The notes beneath the pieces are model-generated. The model saw only the letters and a list, made by a program, of their open reading frames with translations. It made no database searches and was not told where the DNA came from. 64,000 nucleotides of DNA, from assembly GCA_010909165.1 (NCBI GenBank), contig MU008169.1:1922001-1986000 (forward strand), read 5' to 3'. This stretch comes from Anthoceros angustus (lineage: Eukaryota > Plantae > Anthocerotophyta). Both the position numbers and the translations under genes were made by a program. Below are positions 11,521-21,797 of this stretch, piece after piece; position 1 is the stretch's first letter; the number at the start of each line of letters is the position of its first letter.

Positions 11521-12164
11521 ATAAAGAAAGAAAAGAGATGAAAAAAACATAGTCTACACCAAAAAAGAAAAAAAAAAGGATCAATCCAACAACGGCTTTG
11601 CACATTACAAAATATTTCCCGTTACAAAAAATCCGAATTTGAAACCGACGAGGTTGGAACTCAGGCCTAGGCTGTGTGGATGGCAGTATCTTGTCGGACT
11701 CATTTTTCTTGGGCAAAGTCAAGTTGATGGAATGTGGCCCGAAACAAGAGCTTCCCAATAAGTTGTTCCGCCAAAACATCGTGCCACCATAGTGTCATCC
11801 CAAGACGGCTTCGATAGACTCGATTCCGACAGAATTCCTCACCAACGTCAAACCAAGTGGAGGTTAGGGGACTGCGGGGAAGATGGTGCGCACCGCCTTC
11901 CCAGCATTTTAAGAACGCGTTAGAAAGGGGACGGACCTATTTTCAAGTGGTAACCCCTAATGAATTGGTTCATGCCCCAAAACATAAGGCATTTGAAGGA
12001 CGGAAGGTTCGAATGAAGGGATTTGTCTGAGGTTGTGCATAGAAAAGCCAAAGGAAGAACGGCAGCGAGCTCGACGATGCCCCTTTGCAGTGGACTCCTT
12101 CAGGTCCTACAAGTGTGTGCCCTACACAGAACAGAGTCCAAAGCTGCTGCTGCTGGTCTTGTTC

Positions 12165-12430
12165 TTGTGGTCAAGCAGTCAAAAAACCCTGCATGCATCG
12201 CCCAGTCCGGTACACGTTACATTCCTGTCCACAAGGCAAGTGCCCACAAGCATGTTTTTCGTGTCCCCTTCACAATCTGTGAGTGCAGCTGCTTGGCCTT
12301 CAGTGAGGGACTAGCATTTGCACAGGCCATCAGACGGCAAGAAAAAGTAACGTCGTCAGCCACAGTCAGGCCCTCCTGCTTCATCTTTCCATGCAGGGCA
12401 AGTGCCTCTTGGCCGAGCCCATAATCTGCA
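12165..12430 (-). pseudogene. Degenerate PLS-PPR fragment just downstream of the intact PPR gene
   Basis: GLGQEALALHGKMKQEGLTVADDVTFSCRLMACA..QLHSQIV, then (frameshift) NMLVGTCLVD..DACRVFDCLTT; paralogous to the repeats of 12570-15173. Confidence 0.75.
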
Positions 12431-12569
12431 ACCCAGCTCTGTGTAAAGGGCGACCCAAATTCCAGGCCTGCACCCCCAATGCCGGATCTCCTACAGCTGC
12501 ACGTCCATTGCAGGTGAGCTCGCCGACTTCGTGACCCAGCCAGATCGGACTGGCTAGTTCTAGTTTTTC

Positions 12570-15173
12570 TCACAGTCGACCCTTACAACTGCAAGAACCA
12601 GCTGCAAATCGATGCACGCGGTAACCATCCCTTACAACTATGTCTCTCTGTTCAAGCCTTGACATGATCTCTGTGGAACTGTGGCAGTCACTGCACATGC
12701 GTAGGTTCTTTCTCACCACCAGAGGTGTCCCACTCGGAGTGTTTAAGAGACCAAACGCCAGCGCTAGCTTCTCAGCATGCCCACAAAGCACATCTTCCTT
12801 ATCCTTCTCACACAGTGGCTTCAACACCAAGTTTGTGTGAGGTACGTGGCCTCCTTCCTGCTTCAGACGTGCATTCGTGCTCTGTACCTTAAGCACAATG
12901 TCCTCTCTCCTTTCTCCCACCAAAAATGTATGTACCTGCTTATGTACCTCAATGGTCGCCACTGCAGGTTTCTTGTTTGCGCCTGCTAGCATTCTCTGTG
13001 TTTCAATCCTGTCTACATCGGTCCACCTACCTGCATCTGCATAGGTGTTGGCCATGAGCACATAGGCGGGCGATTCCTGGGGGTCCAGCCTAATAATGCT
13101 TTCAAAACACCTTATCGCCCTCTCTATATCCCCGTGACTTTTGCAGGCATTCAATAAAGACGTCAATCCCACAACATTACTTTGGCCCTCGCATGATAGT
13201 AGCATCTTCTCTGCCTCATCCAAGTGGCCTGCACGCCCAAGAAGATCAATCATGCAAACGTAATGCTCTAGAGATGGTTTCATGCCATGCTGTACAGCCA
13301 TGGAATCAAAGTGCTTGAGACCCTCATGGACCAGTCCCCCATGACTGCATGCTACTAAAAGGCAGGTAAAAGTAGCGTCATTAGGCTGAATACCGGCAAC
13401 TAACATCTCCTCAAAACAAGCTAGTGCTTTGTGACCTTCATCACAAGTACCATACCCAGATATCAGGGCGGTCCATGTCACCACATCCTTTGTGGTCATG
13501 CTGTCAAAAACCTGGCGCGCATCTTCAAGTTGACCACATTTTGCATACATGTCCACCAGGCAGTTGCCCACCAGGATGTTATCCAGAAGTCCTCGTTCCA
13601 CAATCTGTGAGTGCAGCTGCCTGCCCTTCTGTAAGGCGCCAGTGCTTCCACACGCCTTCAGAAGGCAAGCAAAAGTAACAAGGTTACCCAGAATAAGGCC
13701 TTCTTGCTCCATTTGTTCATACACAACAATCGCCTCTTGGCCGAGTCCATGCTGAGCATACCCAGCAATCAGCGCTGTCCATGTCACCACATTCTTCGTG
13801 GCCATGCCTTCAAAAACCCGGCGCGCATCTTTCAGTTCACCACATTTTGCATACATGTCCACCAGGCAGGTGCCCAACACTATGTCATCCAGCAGTCCTC
13901 TTTCCACAATCTGTGAGTGCAGCTGCCTGCCCTTCTGTAAGGCACTAGTGGTTGCACAGGCCTTCAGAAGGCAAGCAAATATAAAATCGTCAGCCAAAAT
14001 GAGGCCCTCCTCCTCCATTTGTCCATACACAACAAGTGCCTCGTGTCCGAGCCCTTGCTGGGCATACCCAGCAATCAAGGCGGTCCATGTCACCACATCC
14101 TTTGTGGCCATGCTGTCAAAAACCTGGCGTGCATCTTTCATTTCACCACATTTTGCATACATGTCCACCAGGCAGTTGCTAACAAACAAGTTAGTAGGAA
14201 TGCCACTGTGCAACACATCGCCGTGCACTTCTCTGCCTGATTCCAAGTCGGAGGCAAATGCACAAGCTTGAAGGGCAGCTACAAAGACGTGACCATTAGC
14301 CTTCACTCCTGACCTATGCATCTCACGGTACAGTCGTATGGCCTCCTTAGGTTTCCCATGTTTAGCGTGTGCAGAGATGATGGAACCCCACGTGATAACA
14401 TCTGGTGTGCCTATCCTGGTGAACACATCCATTGCTTCCTGCAGCCTACCTCCACATGCATACATGCGCAAGATATGGTTCCGCAAGTATGCATCCGACT
14501 CATACCCAAGTTTGACACTGAGATCATGAACTCGTCGCCCCACAACCAAATTCTTCTTAGCTGTACACAGTTTCAGCACAGTGCAAAACAAAGACTGAGA
14601 AATAGGAGAGTCTGTCTGCGTAAGAGTTTCTAGGGCTCCAACGGCCTCAGAAAGCTTCCCCTGCTGACATAACATGCTCACGGTTCCAGCGGTAACGATG
14701 CCCATTTCCCATCCTGCACTCCTGTCAGATTCTGGCTTATCCGAAGAGCTGGACTTGGAAGGAGAGGCAACATGACCCATCTGCATATCCAAGGAAACGA
14801 GCTGGTCATCAACCCAAGCTGGCTTAAACAGGTTGTTTAACCACAGGACCTCGCCGGACCCCTTACGCCGGAAGTCAGGCAACTGGGAGCTCTTCTTTTC
14901 TCGCCTGTTGTCCCACCACATGGTCGGGTCCAGAAAAAACTGTTGCCACAGGTAATTCTGCTCCTGGCAACGACCATCCCTGGAAAGCCCGTGCCCACCC
15001 ACACATTTTCTCGGAAGAGGAAGTGCTGGGCCCCTTACACTGCTGCACCTAGAAGCTTTGTTTGCCAGGGGTTCACTCCCAAAGATGAGGTGAGCGGGAG
15101 CTCCTCGTAGAATCCCTGTACACAAACCAATTTGTTGGGTCCAGAACGGGTCAGGTTGCCATACTGTGGCCAT
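12570..15173 (-). CDS. PLS-class PPR protein with N-terminal OSB-like PDF motif and C-terminal E1-E2-DYW:KP domain (putative organellar U-to-C editing factor)
   Basis: 867-aa intronless ORF; L-S-P triplets plus P2L2S2; KPAVATIEV in place of the PG box; HAEKLA and CSDC zinc ligands; ends GSCSCKGRL; WQQFF.DP..WWDNR..K....PDFR.K..GE.LWL...P.WV at aa 76-125. Confidence 0.93.
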   Translation of the reverse strand: MATVWQPDPFWTQQIGLCTGILRGAPAHLIFGSEPLANKASRCSSVRGPALPLPRKCVGGHGLSRDGRCQEQNYLWQQFFLDPTMWWDNRREKKSSQLPDFRRKGSGEVLWLNNLFKPAWVDDQLVSLDMQMGHVASPSKSSSSDKPESDRSAGWEMGIVTAGTVSMLCQQGKLSEAVGALETLTQTDSPISQSLFCTVLKLCTAKKNLVVGRRVHDLSVKLGYESDAYLRNHILRMYACGGRLQEAMDVFTRIGTPDVITWGSIISAHAKHGKPKEAIRLYREMHRSGVKANGHVFVAALQACAFASDLESGREVHGDVLHSGIPTNLFVSNCLVDMYAKCGEMKDARQVFDSMATKDVVTWTALIAGYAQQGLGHEALVVYGQMEEEGLILADDFIFACLLKACATTSALQKGRQLHSQIVERGLLDDIVLGTCLVDMYAKCGELKDARRVFEGMATKNVVTWTALIAGYAQHGLGQEAIVVYEQMEQEGLILGNLVTFACLLKACGSTGALQKGRQLHSQIVERGLLDNILVGNCLVDMYAKCGQLEDARQVFDSMTTKDVVTWTALISGYGTCDEGHKALACFEEMLVAGIQPNDATFTCLLVACSHGGLVHEGLKHFDSMAVQHGMKPSLEHYVCMIDLLGRAGHLDEAEKMLLSCEGQSNVVGLTSLLNACKSHGDIERAIRCFESIIRLDPQESPAYVLMANTYADAGRWTDVDRIETQRMLAGANKKPAVATIEVHKQVHTFLVGERREDIVLKVQSTNARLKQEGGHVPHTNLVLKPLCEKDKEDVLCGHAEKLALAFGLLNTPSGTPLVVRKNLRMCSDCHSSTEIMSRLEQRDIVVRDGYRVHRFAAGSCSCKGRL

Positions 15174-15458
15174 CGTTCAGGTACCGCTGTCGGACGATGA
15201 GTCTAACAACAGACTACGTATGGCAGGAAGCCCAGGTACTGTATATGACCACATCATACTAGCTGACTCCGATGAGCCCGCACCCGGAGGACTTGGATGC
15301 AAGCAAGACTACACTTTTTCTTTTCTCCACATTTAAATTAAGCTCCCACAGGCTACATGCACCCTATGTTGTGGAGGGCGGGAGGAACAAACGAAGAAGA
15401 CAGTCCGGTGGTTGATCGACGAGCTTGAGGCCGGTCTGGGTGGAAGCAGCTAAGCAAG
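15174..15458. promoter_or_regulatory. Probable bidirectional promoter between the PPR gene and RPB11
   Basis: Only 285 bp separate two divergent start codons. Confidence 0.6.
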
Positions 15459-16212
15459 ATGAATGCTCCGGACAGATATGAGCGGTTTGTGGTGCCCGAG
15501 GGCATGAAAAAGTGAGTGGTCGCCAGAAGCTGCTGAATCCGCTTCTCGATTTGTTGTGTCCCAGATTGGTTGTGAATTTGATTTATGTGTTGGGCTTGTG
15601 TCGGCAGGGTGAACTATGAAAGGGACATGAAAATTATGAATGCGGCGACCTTCACTATTCAGAGGGAGGATCACACCATCGGCAACGTTGTCCGCATGTA
15701 AGGGCTTACCTGCGTTTTCTCCAGTGTGGAGATGTAGGTTTAGGATGCTGGAGCTGACGTGTTTCTGTTTGGTGCGCAGGCAATTGCACAGGGACCCCAC
15801 CGTGTTGTTTGCTGGCTACAGGCTTCCCCACCCTTTGCAGTACAAGATTACAGTGAAGGTGTTGCCCCTGATATTATGCCTTACAGTCTTGACCGGAAGT
15901 TGGGGTTTTAACGGCGGCTAGTGGGCTTTCCTCGGCTCGGTTTTGCTTGCAGATTCAAACAACCAGCCAGTCTTCGCCCATGCAGGCTTATAACCAGGCT
16001 GTTAATGACTTGGATAGGGAGCTTGAGCACCTGAAACGGGGTTTTGAGGTGCGCAGCCTGCCCTTGCAGCTGATTGTGGGACTAGGACTAGGATACATGT
16101 GCTATGCCTGCTGGTCATGACCGAAAAACGATGCCTCACCACTTACTGCTTCGGTGTTGGTGGGGAAAACCTGCAGGCCGAGGTTGCCCAGAAGACAACG
16201 GATTACTATTGA
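15459..16212 (+). CDS. NRPB11: RNA polymerase II/IV/V subunit 11, copy A; exons 15459-15511, 15608-15697, 15780-15858, 15953-16048, 16177-16212 (117 aa)
   Basis: Spliced by hand with GT-AG introns: [68 protein letters not shown]. Confidence 0.96.
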
Positions 16213-16624
16213 AAGGTGTGGACTGCGATGAGTTTCAGTGAAGCCTAGAGCGACTTGTCGTTGACAGGGGGCCACAGGTGCTCGACTTGCTTTCGTTTGA
16301 GTGCTTGGAATTCTGAGTTGCTCTACTTGCTTCTTTTGGGTCCTTGGAAGTTTGAGTTGGAGAGTGTGGCCATCTGAAAATGGTTGTATACTTCCCTGCC
16401 GAAGTATCAAACTGAAGTTTAACACAGGCTCGCTATTCAGGTGTGTGAGAACTTGAGGGGAGGGTATGCCCTTTTGAGTGCGGATAATTAAGACATGGTG
16501 ATTAGAACTAACCCGTAGGTTTGCAGACACCACCCTCCTGCCCTCCCTTCCCCCCTGGCCCCCACCCCTCCAAATGAAAAGGAGTGTTCCTCTTCATCTT
16601 CTTGCTTGGAGATTGGGTTATTTT

Positions 16625-18071
16625 CTATTTCCCTATATTTTTTGGATTGTGTGTGATTATTATTCTCCAAAGGTCACCAGCAAGAGCAGCCCGAAGGACA
16701 GTGATGTGCAAGACTGCTTGCAGCTGAGTGTCCAGAGCCATGAGAGAGTCTTCTTTGGGAATAATAGGGCCACTAGCATACTTGTTTGTAAACCTTTTGT
16801 GTATAATGGGGCCTCCTTGCCTATTGCCGCTGGTGCCTCTTTTGAGGACATTTTCAGGCTTATACCCATCAGATTTTGCTCTGCGCATGTAGGATTTTCA
16901 ACACACGGATGTCAACTCGTGTTTCATCAAACGATCGCATTCTCCCGTGAAGGAAGGAGGCTTGATCAATTCCTCAATCATCAGTTTTGCTGATCCAGGA
17001 AAGGCAGCAAGGAGCCTTTGAGTGGGGTCAGTGGCCTAAGCAGCAGCACCATCTAACATCATTTCACCCACAAACATGAAGGAAAGGTGGCTTTCACACA
17101 ACCACTGAACATCACAGGCATTGAACATCGAGAGCATTCATCCAAATGCTGCACCATGAACCAAAGGGCCTGGTCGAACCAGATGGTACTACCATTGCAA
17201 GCAGTCCTACCATCACCGTCCAACAAATCTTGGCAGATGCATTTGATGTAAGGCCTCAGCGCATTCCACCATGGCTTGTCATGGTCCTTCCCGCGCTGGC
17301 CACCAGCTTTCATGGAGCCTGTCACCCTAGCATCACCTCATCAGCCCGCATTTGGTATGCATCAAAGCATGACTTCCGGGGGCTGTTCACAAGTTGCAAA
17401 AACCCCGCCCGAGCCACATTTCCTTCCCTAGCCTTAGCCAAATAGTCTGCCAATTCATCATCACTAAGCCTACAAAGGACTTGAAAGGTTTCAATGGCAT
17501 GCTTATTTGTTTGCCTTGTTGGCTGAAGTCACATTGTTATTCATATTGCCAGGACTTTTAATTGACGTCGGAGGAACAATTCACTGTTGTACGACGAACC
17601 GGATTTGTTTATCTCGAAGTAATGTACTCCCTTGAGGGGAAACCAAATCTTTTCAGAGGTTGATAGCCCGCATTTTGCTTGGCTCCACCTTCGTTGCTAG
17701 GCAGTTTCTGCGCATGCACCGCCGACGGAAACAAGCAAGGGCTAATACATACAATCACAAAACACAAACACACACACAATTGTTGAGAGTAGGATTGGGT
17801 GTCCCAGGAACCTACTAGGGGACCAATCCGGCGAAGGCTGATACATCCAGGCGGGAAGCCACACCATCGATCATGTTCTCCAACCCGTTGTGTATCACCT
17901 GGTAAGAAATCAGGCGACTGAGGTCTTGCTCATCAATGTCAGCCAGGACGGAGCTGTAGATCCTGTGCGAGCCGGGTCTTCCCATTAAATTCATTTGGAA
18001 TGAGGCATCGCAGTCGATGAACACGGCGATCTTGCTGTCGATGAAGGAGGTTTCGAGCTTCGCACGAAGGC
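16625..18071 (-). pseudogene. Decayed coding-like relic of unrecognised family
   Basis: ~80-codon exon-like segment (LRAKLETSFIDSKIAVFIDCDASFQMNL...) after a CTAAC..TAG acceptor, then further open stretches interrupted by stops and frameshifts. Confidence 0.3.
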
Positions 18072-18140
18072 TATGTAGTTAGTTGTGTGAACACCGAAAG
18101 AGACGAGGATTAAATTAAATCAAATGAATTGGTTCCACAG

Positions 18141-18167
18141 TTTGGGGTTTGGGGTTTGGGGTTTGGG
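18141..18167 (+). repeat. (TTTGGGG)3-TTTGGG telomere-like G-rich repeat in the STR2 3' UTR region
   Basis: Directly visible. Confidence 0.85.
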
Positions 18168-18186
18168 CAAGGCAGGGCGTCTGGCG

Positions 18187-19168
18187 TCATTTCCGCTGGT
18201 TCTTGGAGTTGAATCGCAGGACGACGTAGAAGCAGAGGCGATAGAGCACGGCCCAAGCCAGCAGGATGAGCACGCAGTCCCAGCGCGTGAGGCGGCCGAC
18301 GCCGAGCTGGTGGAGGAGCTGGTCGCCGGTGAGGGCGCAGGCGGGATCGGTGGCATCCAGGTGCTCGTCAGCCCAGCAGCGGGGGCTATGGCCGAACTGG
18401 TTCAGCAGGAGCGCCTCGTAGGGGTACTTGATGGTGGAGAGGTAGTGAACGGGGAGCCAGTAGGGCGGGATCTGCGCGCGCGGCAGGAAGTAGCCGCAGG
18501 TGAGGAAGAAGAGCGCGGTGCAGGCGATGACGGCGGCGTAGCCCAGGATGAAGTTGGGCACCAGCGCGCTGATGAACATGACGAAGCTGTTGGTGGCCAG
18601 CAGCGAGACGTAGAGCACCAGCCAGAAGAAGGAGACGGAGCCGTCCAGGTGCAGCGCCCACCACGTGATGACGGTGTAGGTGAGCGCCTGCACGGCCAGG
18701 AAGGGCAGGTAGGTGATGACGCCGGCGATGGTGTAGGACGAGGCCCGGTACGCGTTGTGCGAGCTCTCGCGGATGAAGATGAAGCGCTCCTGGATGAAGG
18801 TGGGCACGGCGTCGTTGGAGCTGAAGAAGAAGAGGCAGACGGTGAAGATGACGAAGGACAGCAGCTGCGTGACGCCCTGGAGGGATACCGGGGTGCGCCG
18901 GAACAGCGTGGCCATCATGATCCCCATCACCGTCAGCACCATCTGCCGGGACAGGAACAGCTCCGGGGTGCGGTAGATGTTGTAGTAGTTGCGCACCATG
19001 AGGACCACCACCTCGCGGGTGAAGGGGTTGGCGAACTTGTGCCCCTCCGCTTCTTCCCACCTCCTCCCGGACTCCAGCATCTCGTACGCCCCGGGCCCCT
19101 CCGTCTCGTAGCCGGAACTGCAACTGCCCGGGCCCGCGCTGGGCGTCGGAGTAGCCGGCCGGATCTCG

Positions 19169-19203
<35 letters not shown>

Positions 19204-21007
19204 CCAGTTCCAATTCCAGTTCCGGTGCGCCTGCCCGGGCGTCCGCCCCGGGGTCTTCCCCGGCGTCCGCCCCGGGGTGCGGAGGATGTAGAGCGGGGTG
19301 CGGAGCGGGAAGCCCCCCGCGTCCAGCGGTCGGTAGTAGCTGCTGGCCAGGACCTTCGGGACGGCGCCCCCGACCCACGGGCTGCCGCGGGTCAGCGACC
19401 GGTCGTAGTCGTCGTCTTCGTCCTGCTGCTCGCTCCTTAGCGGGCTCAGGGGGGCCTCGGCCTCGGCCGGCTCCAACGCTGCCTCCAGGTGGTCCGGGCT
19501 GTGCCGGCTATACGGGCTCGTCTTCTTGCCGGGAGACTTCCTGGTGTTCGGCGCCGGCCAGATCTTGCCCGGGCTGCTGCTGCTGGCCTTGGGGAGTAGG
19601 GTCGTCGCGCCGGGCTTGATTCCGTCTTTGTTGAAGGCCACCAGCGGGTCCAGGCCCACCGTAGAGCGGTCGTATTCCTGGATCACGTCCAGGAGGTACT
19701 CGATCGGGTTCTCCCCCTTGGGCACCTCGCGCCCCAGGGCTTGCATGTGGTTCTTGAGCTGCGGCGGCGAGCCCTGGTAGATGAGCTTCCCTCTGCGCCA
19801 GGACACATTTTCTCAGAGTGAGAAGCGAGCGAGCCAGATTTGAACCCGCGACGTCAGGTCCCGAGTGTTCCGCGCAAACCCGGAGACTGGGGAGGAGAGA
19901 GATGGAGAGAGATGTGCACCTGGCCAGGATGATGAGGCGGTTGAGCAGCATCTGGATCTTGTACGAGGGCTGGTGGATGGTCATGACGATGGTGCTCCCG
20001 GCCATGGCGATGTCGTGCACCTTCTCCACCACGCTGTAGGCGCTGGAGGAGTCGAGCCCGGACGTGGGCTCGTCCAGGAAGAGCAGCGACGGGCCGTGGA
20101 TGATGTCCACCCCGATGGACACTCTGCGCCTCTCCCCGCCGGAGACTCCTCGGTGGCCCTCGTTCCCGATGTACGTGTGCTCCGCGCTCTGTCAATTTGC
20201 AAAGCAGGGACGAAGGCGGGAGGGAGGGTGAGGGAGAGCACATCCGCGGCACGTCCTCCGACACGGAACAGAAACGCATGGGTTGCACTCACAGTGAGCC
20301 CGAGCTGGTCGATGAGCTGCGCCACTCGGCTCTTCTTCTCGTCCCGGGGCATGGTGTGCGGCAGCCGCACCTCGGCCGCGAACAGGAGCGTCTCGTACAC
20401 GGTGAGCATGGGGAAGAGCTGGTCATCCTGCATGACGTAGGCGGAAATGCGCTTCATGAGGCTGCAGTTGACGGCCCGCCCCTCCACCGTGATGAGGCCC
20501 TCCAGGCTCCCGCTGGCTATTCTGCCGGCCAAGGCGTCCAGGAAGGTGGACTTGCCGGCGCCGCTTGGGCCCATGACGGCAGTCACCTGGCCCTTCGGGG
20601 CCTGCCCTGTGATGCTGCTCAGCAGGTTGATCTCCCTCGTCACCCATTCCCCGTCCCGCTTCTGCTTCGCCAGCACCGTGTAGGTGAGGTCCTCGAATTC
20701 CAGCCCCGTCCCCTTGGGCGCTGGCGCTGCGCTCCCGATCCCGCACCCACTCTCCAGCCCTGCCCGTCACATGTGCGTTAGTCTTATACCCCGAACAAAG
20801 CGAACATGGACACAAGCCAACCCAAAAAGAATCCCACCCACCGCCAGAAGCCGTATGAGCCATCTGGTCGTCGATGGTGAGCAGCGTCTCCAGCGTCTGC
20901 AGCGCATCCGCCTCAGGATGCCCGTTGTGCTGCACATGGGGATGCGGCGCCGCCGAGGCGCGCCCCAGATGGCTCATGCCTCTGCCTCGGCCGTCGTACG
21001 AATTCAT
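18187..21007 (-). CDS. STR2: Half-size ABCG transporter of the STR/STR2 arbuscular-mycorrhiza clade (STR2-like); exons 21007-20842, 20759-20293, 20188-19920, 19792-18187 (~835 aa)
   Basis: [11 protein letters not shown], Walker [10 protein letters not shown], signature [21 protein letters not shown]; [48 protein letters not shown] matches STR2; exon phases are consistent. Confidence 0.88.
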
Positions 21008-21797
21008 GGCCGCGACGTTGTTTCTCCCAAGACCCTGATCTCATTGATCGACCAGAACGCAACGCAACATTGAAAGCAACTGCGCAGCCGTGCTGTGAGT
21101 TATATGGGCCAATCCCAGCCAGCAATTCCTATCGATCAATTTGGCAGCAAGCTCTCTGGAAGTGGCAATTGCAGAGCACACGGAGAGCTGGCAGGCTCTA
21201 GACCTGCAGTAACCCAGGCAGGCGACGAAATCCACCAAGCGGGTGCGGAGGCAGGGAGGTGGCGGGCTATCTGCATCTGCAGGGTGGAGGGCAATAGCAC
21301 ACAAACATGTCACACACAAGCGACATAATCTACAAGGCGGGTCCGGAGGCAAAGTCGAGGCACTGCCGGCTGCCACGGTCGCCCTGGACGTTCCCGGCCC
21401 CACCTCGGGAGCGTCGCCCCGTAATTCTCCGATGCCCACCTCCGCATCCAAGCTCCTTATTCACCATTTGGTCTTCAGAGATCAGCCGCGCTCCCTGGAC
21501 GGGCGAGAAACAAGGTACAACAATCGATTACTTGACTTTATCCACACAGCCGGTGCACAGAACCCCCTGTTGATGCAAATGAGGAGCTTCCCGATGGGGT
21601 TTGGCAGGAAAACTACGTTCTCCGGAAGTCATTTTCGATGACTTACATAAATGGTTACAGTCATCTCCAGATAGGCGCGAGGGCGCGAGGGCCCGCGGGC
21701 CTCACAGCACGCAGCGGCCATTGCTTACCTCATCTACGCCATCCTCAAGTCACATACCATATCTTGAGGTGTTGTGCTGGAGGTCTTGTGAGCATAG

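Noticed and set aside
18124-20781. Long overlapping ORFs (438, 330, 194 aa etc.) on STR2; similarly 5308-6672 and 4892-5728 on EXECUTER and 32134-33192 on TruA
   Set aside because: Shadow frames caused by high GC3 codon bias; no recognisable domains.
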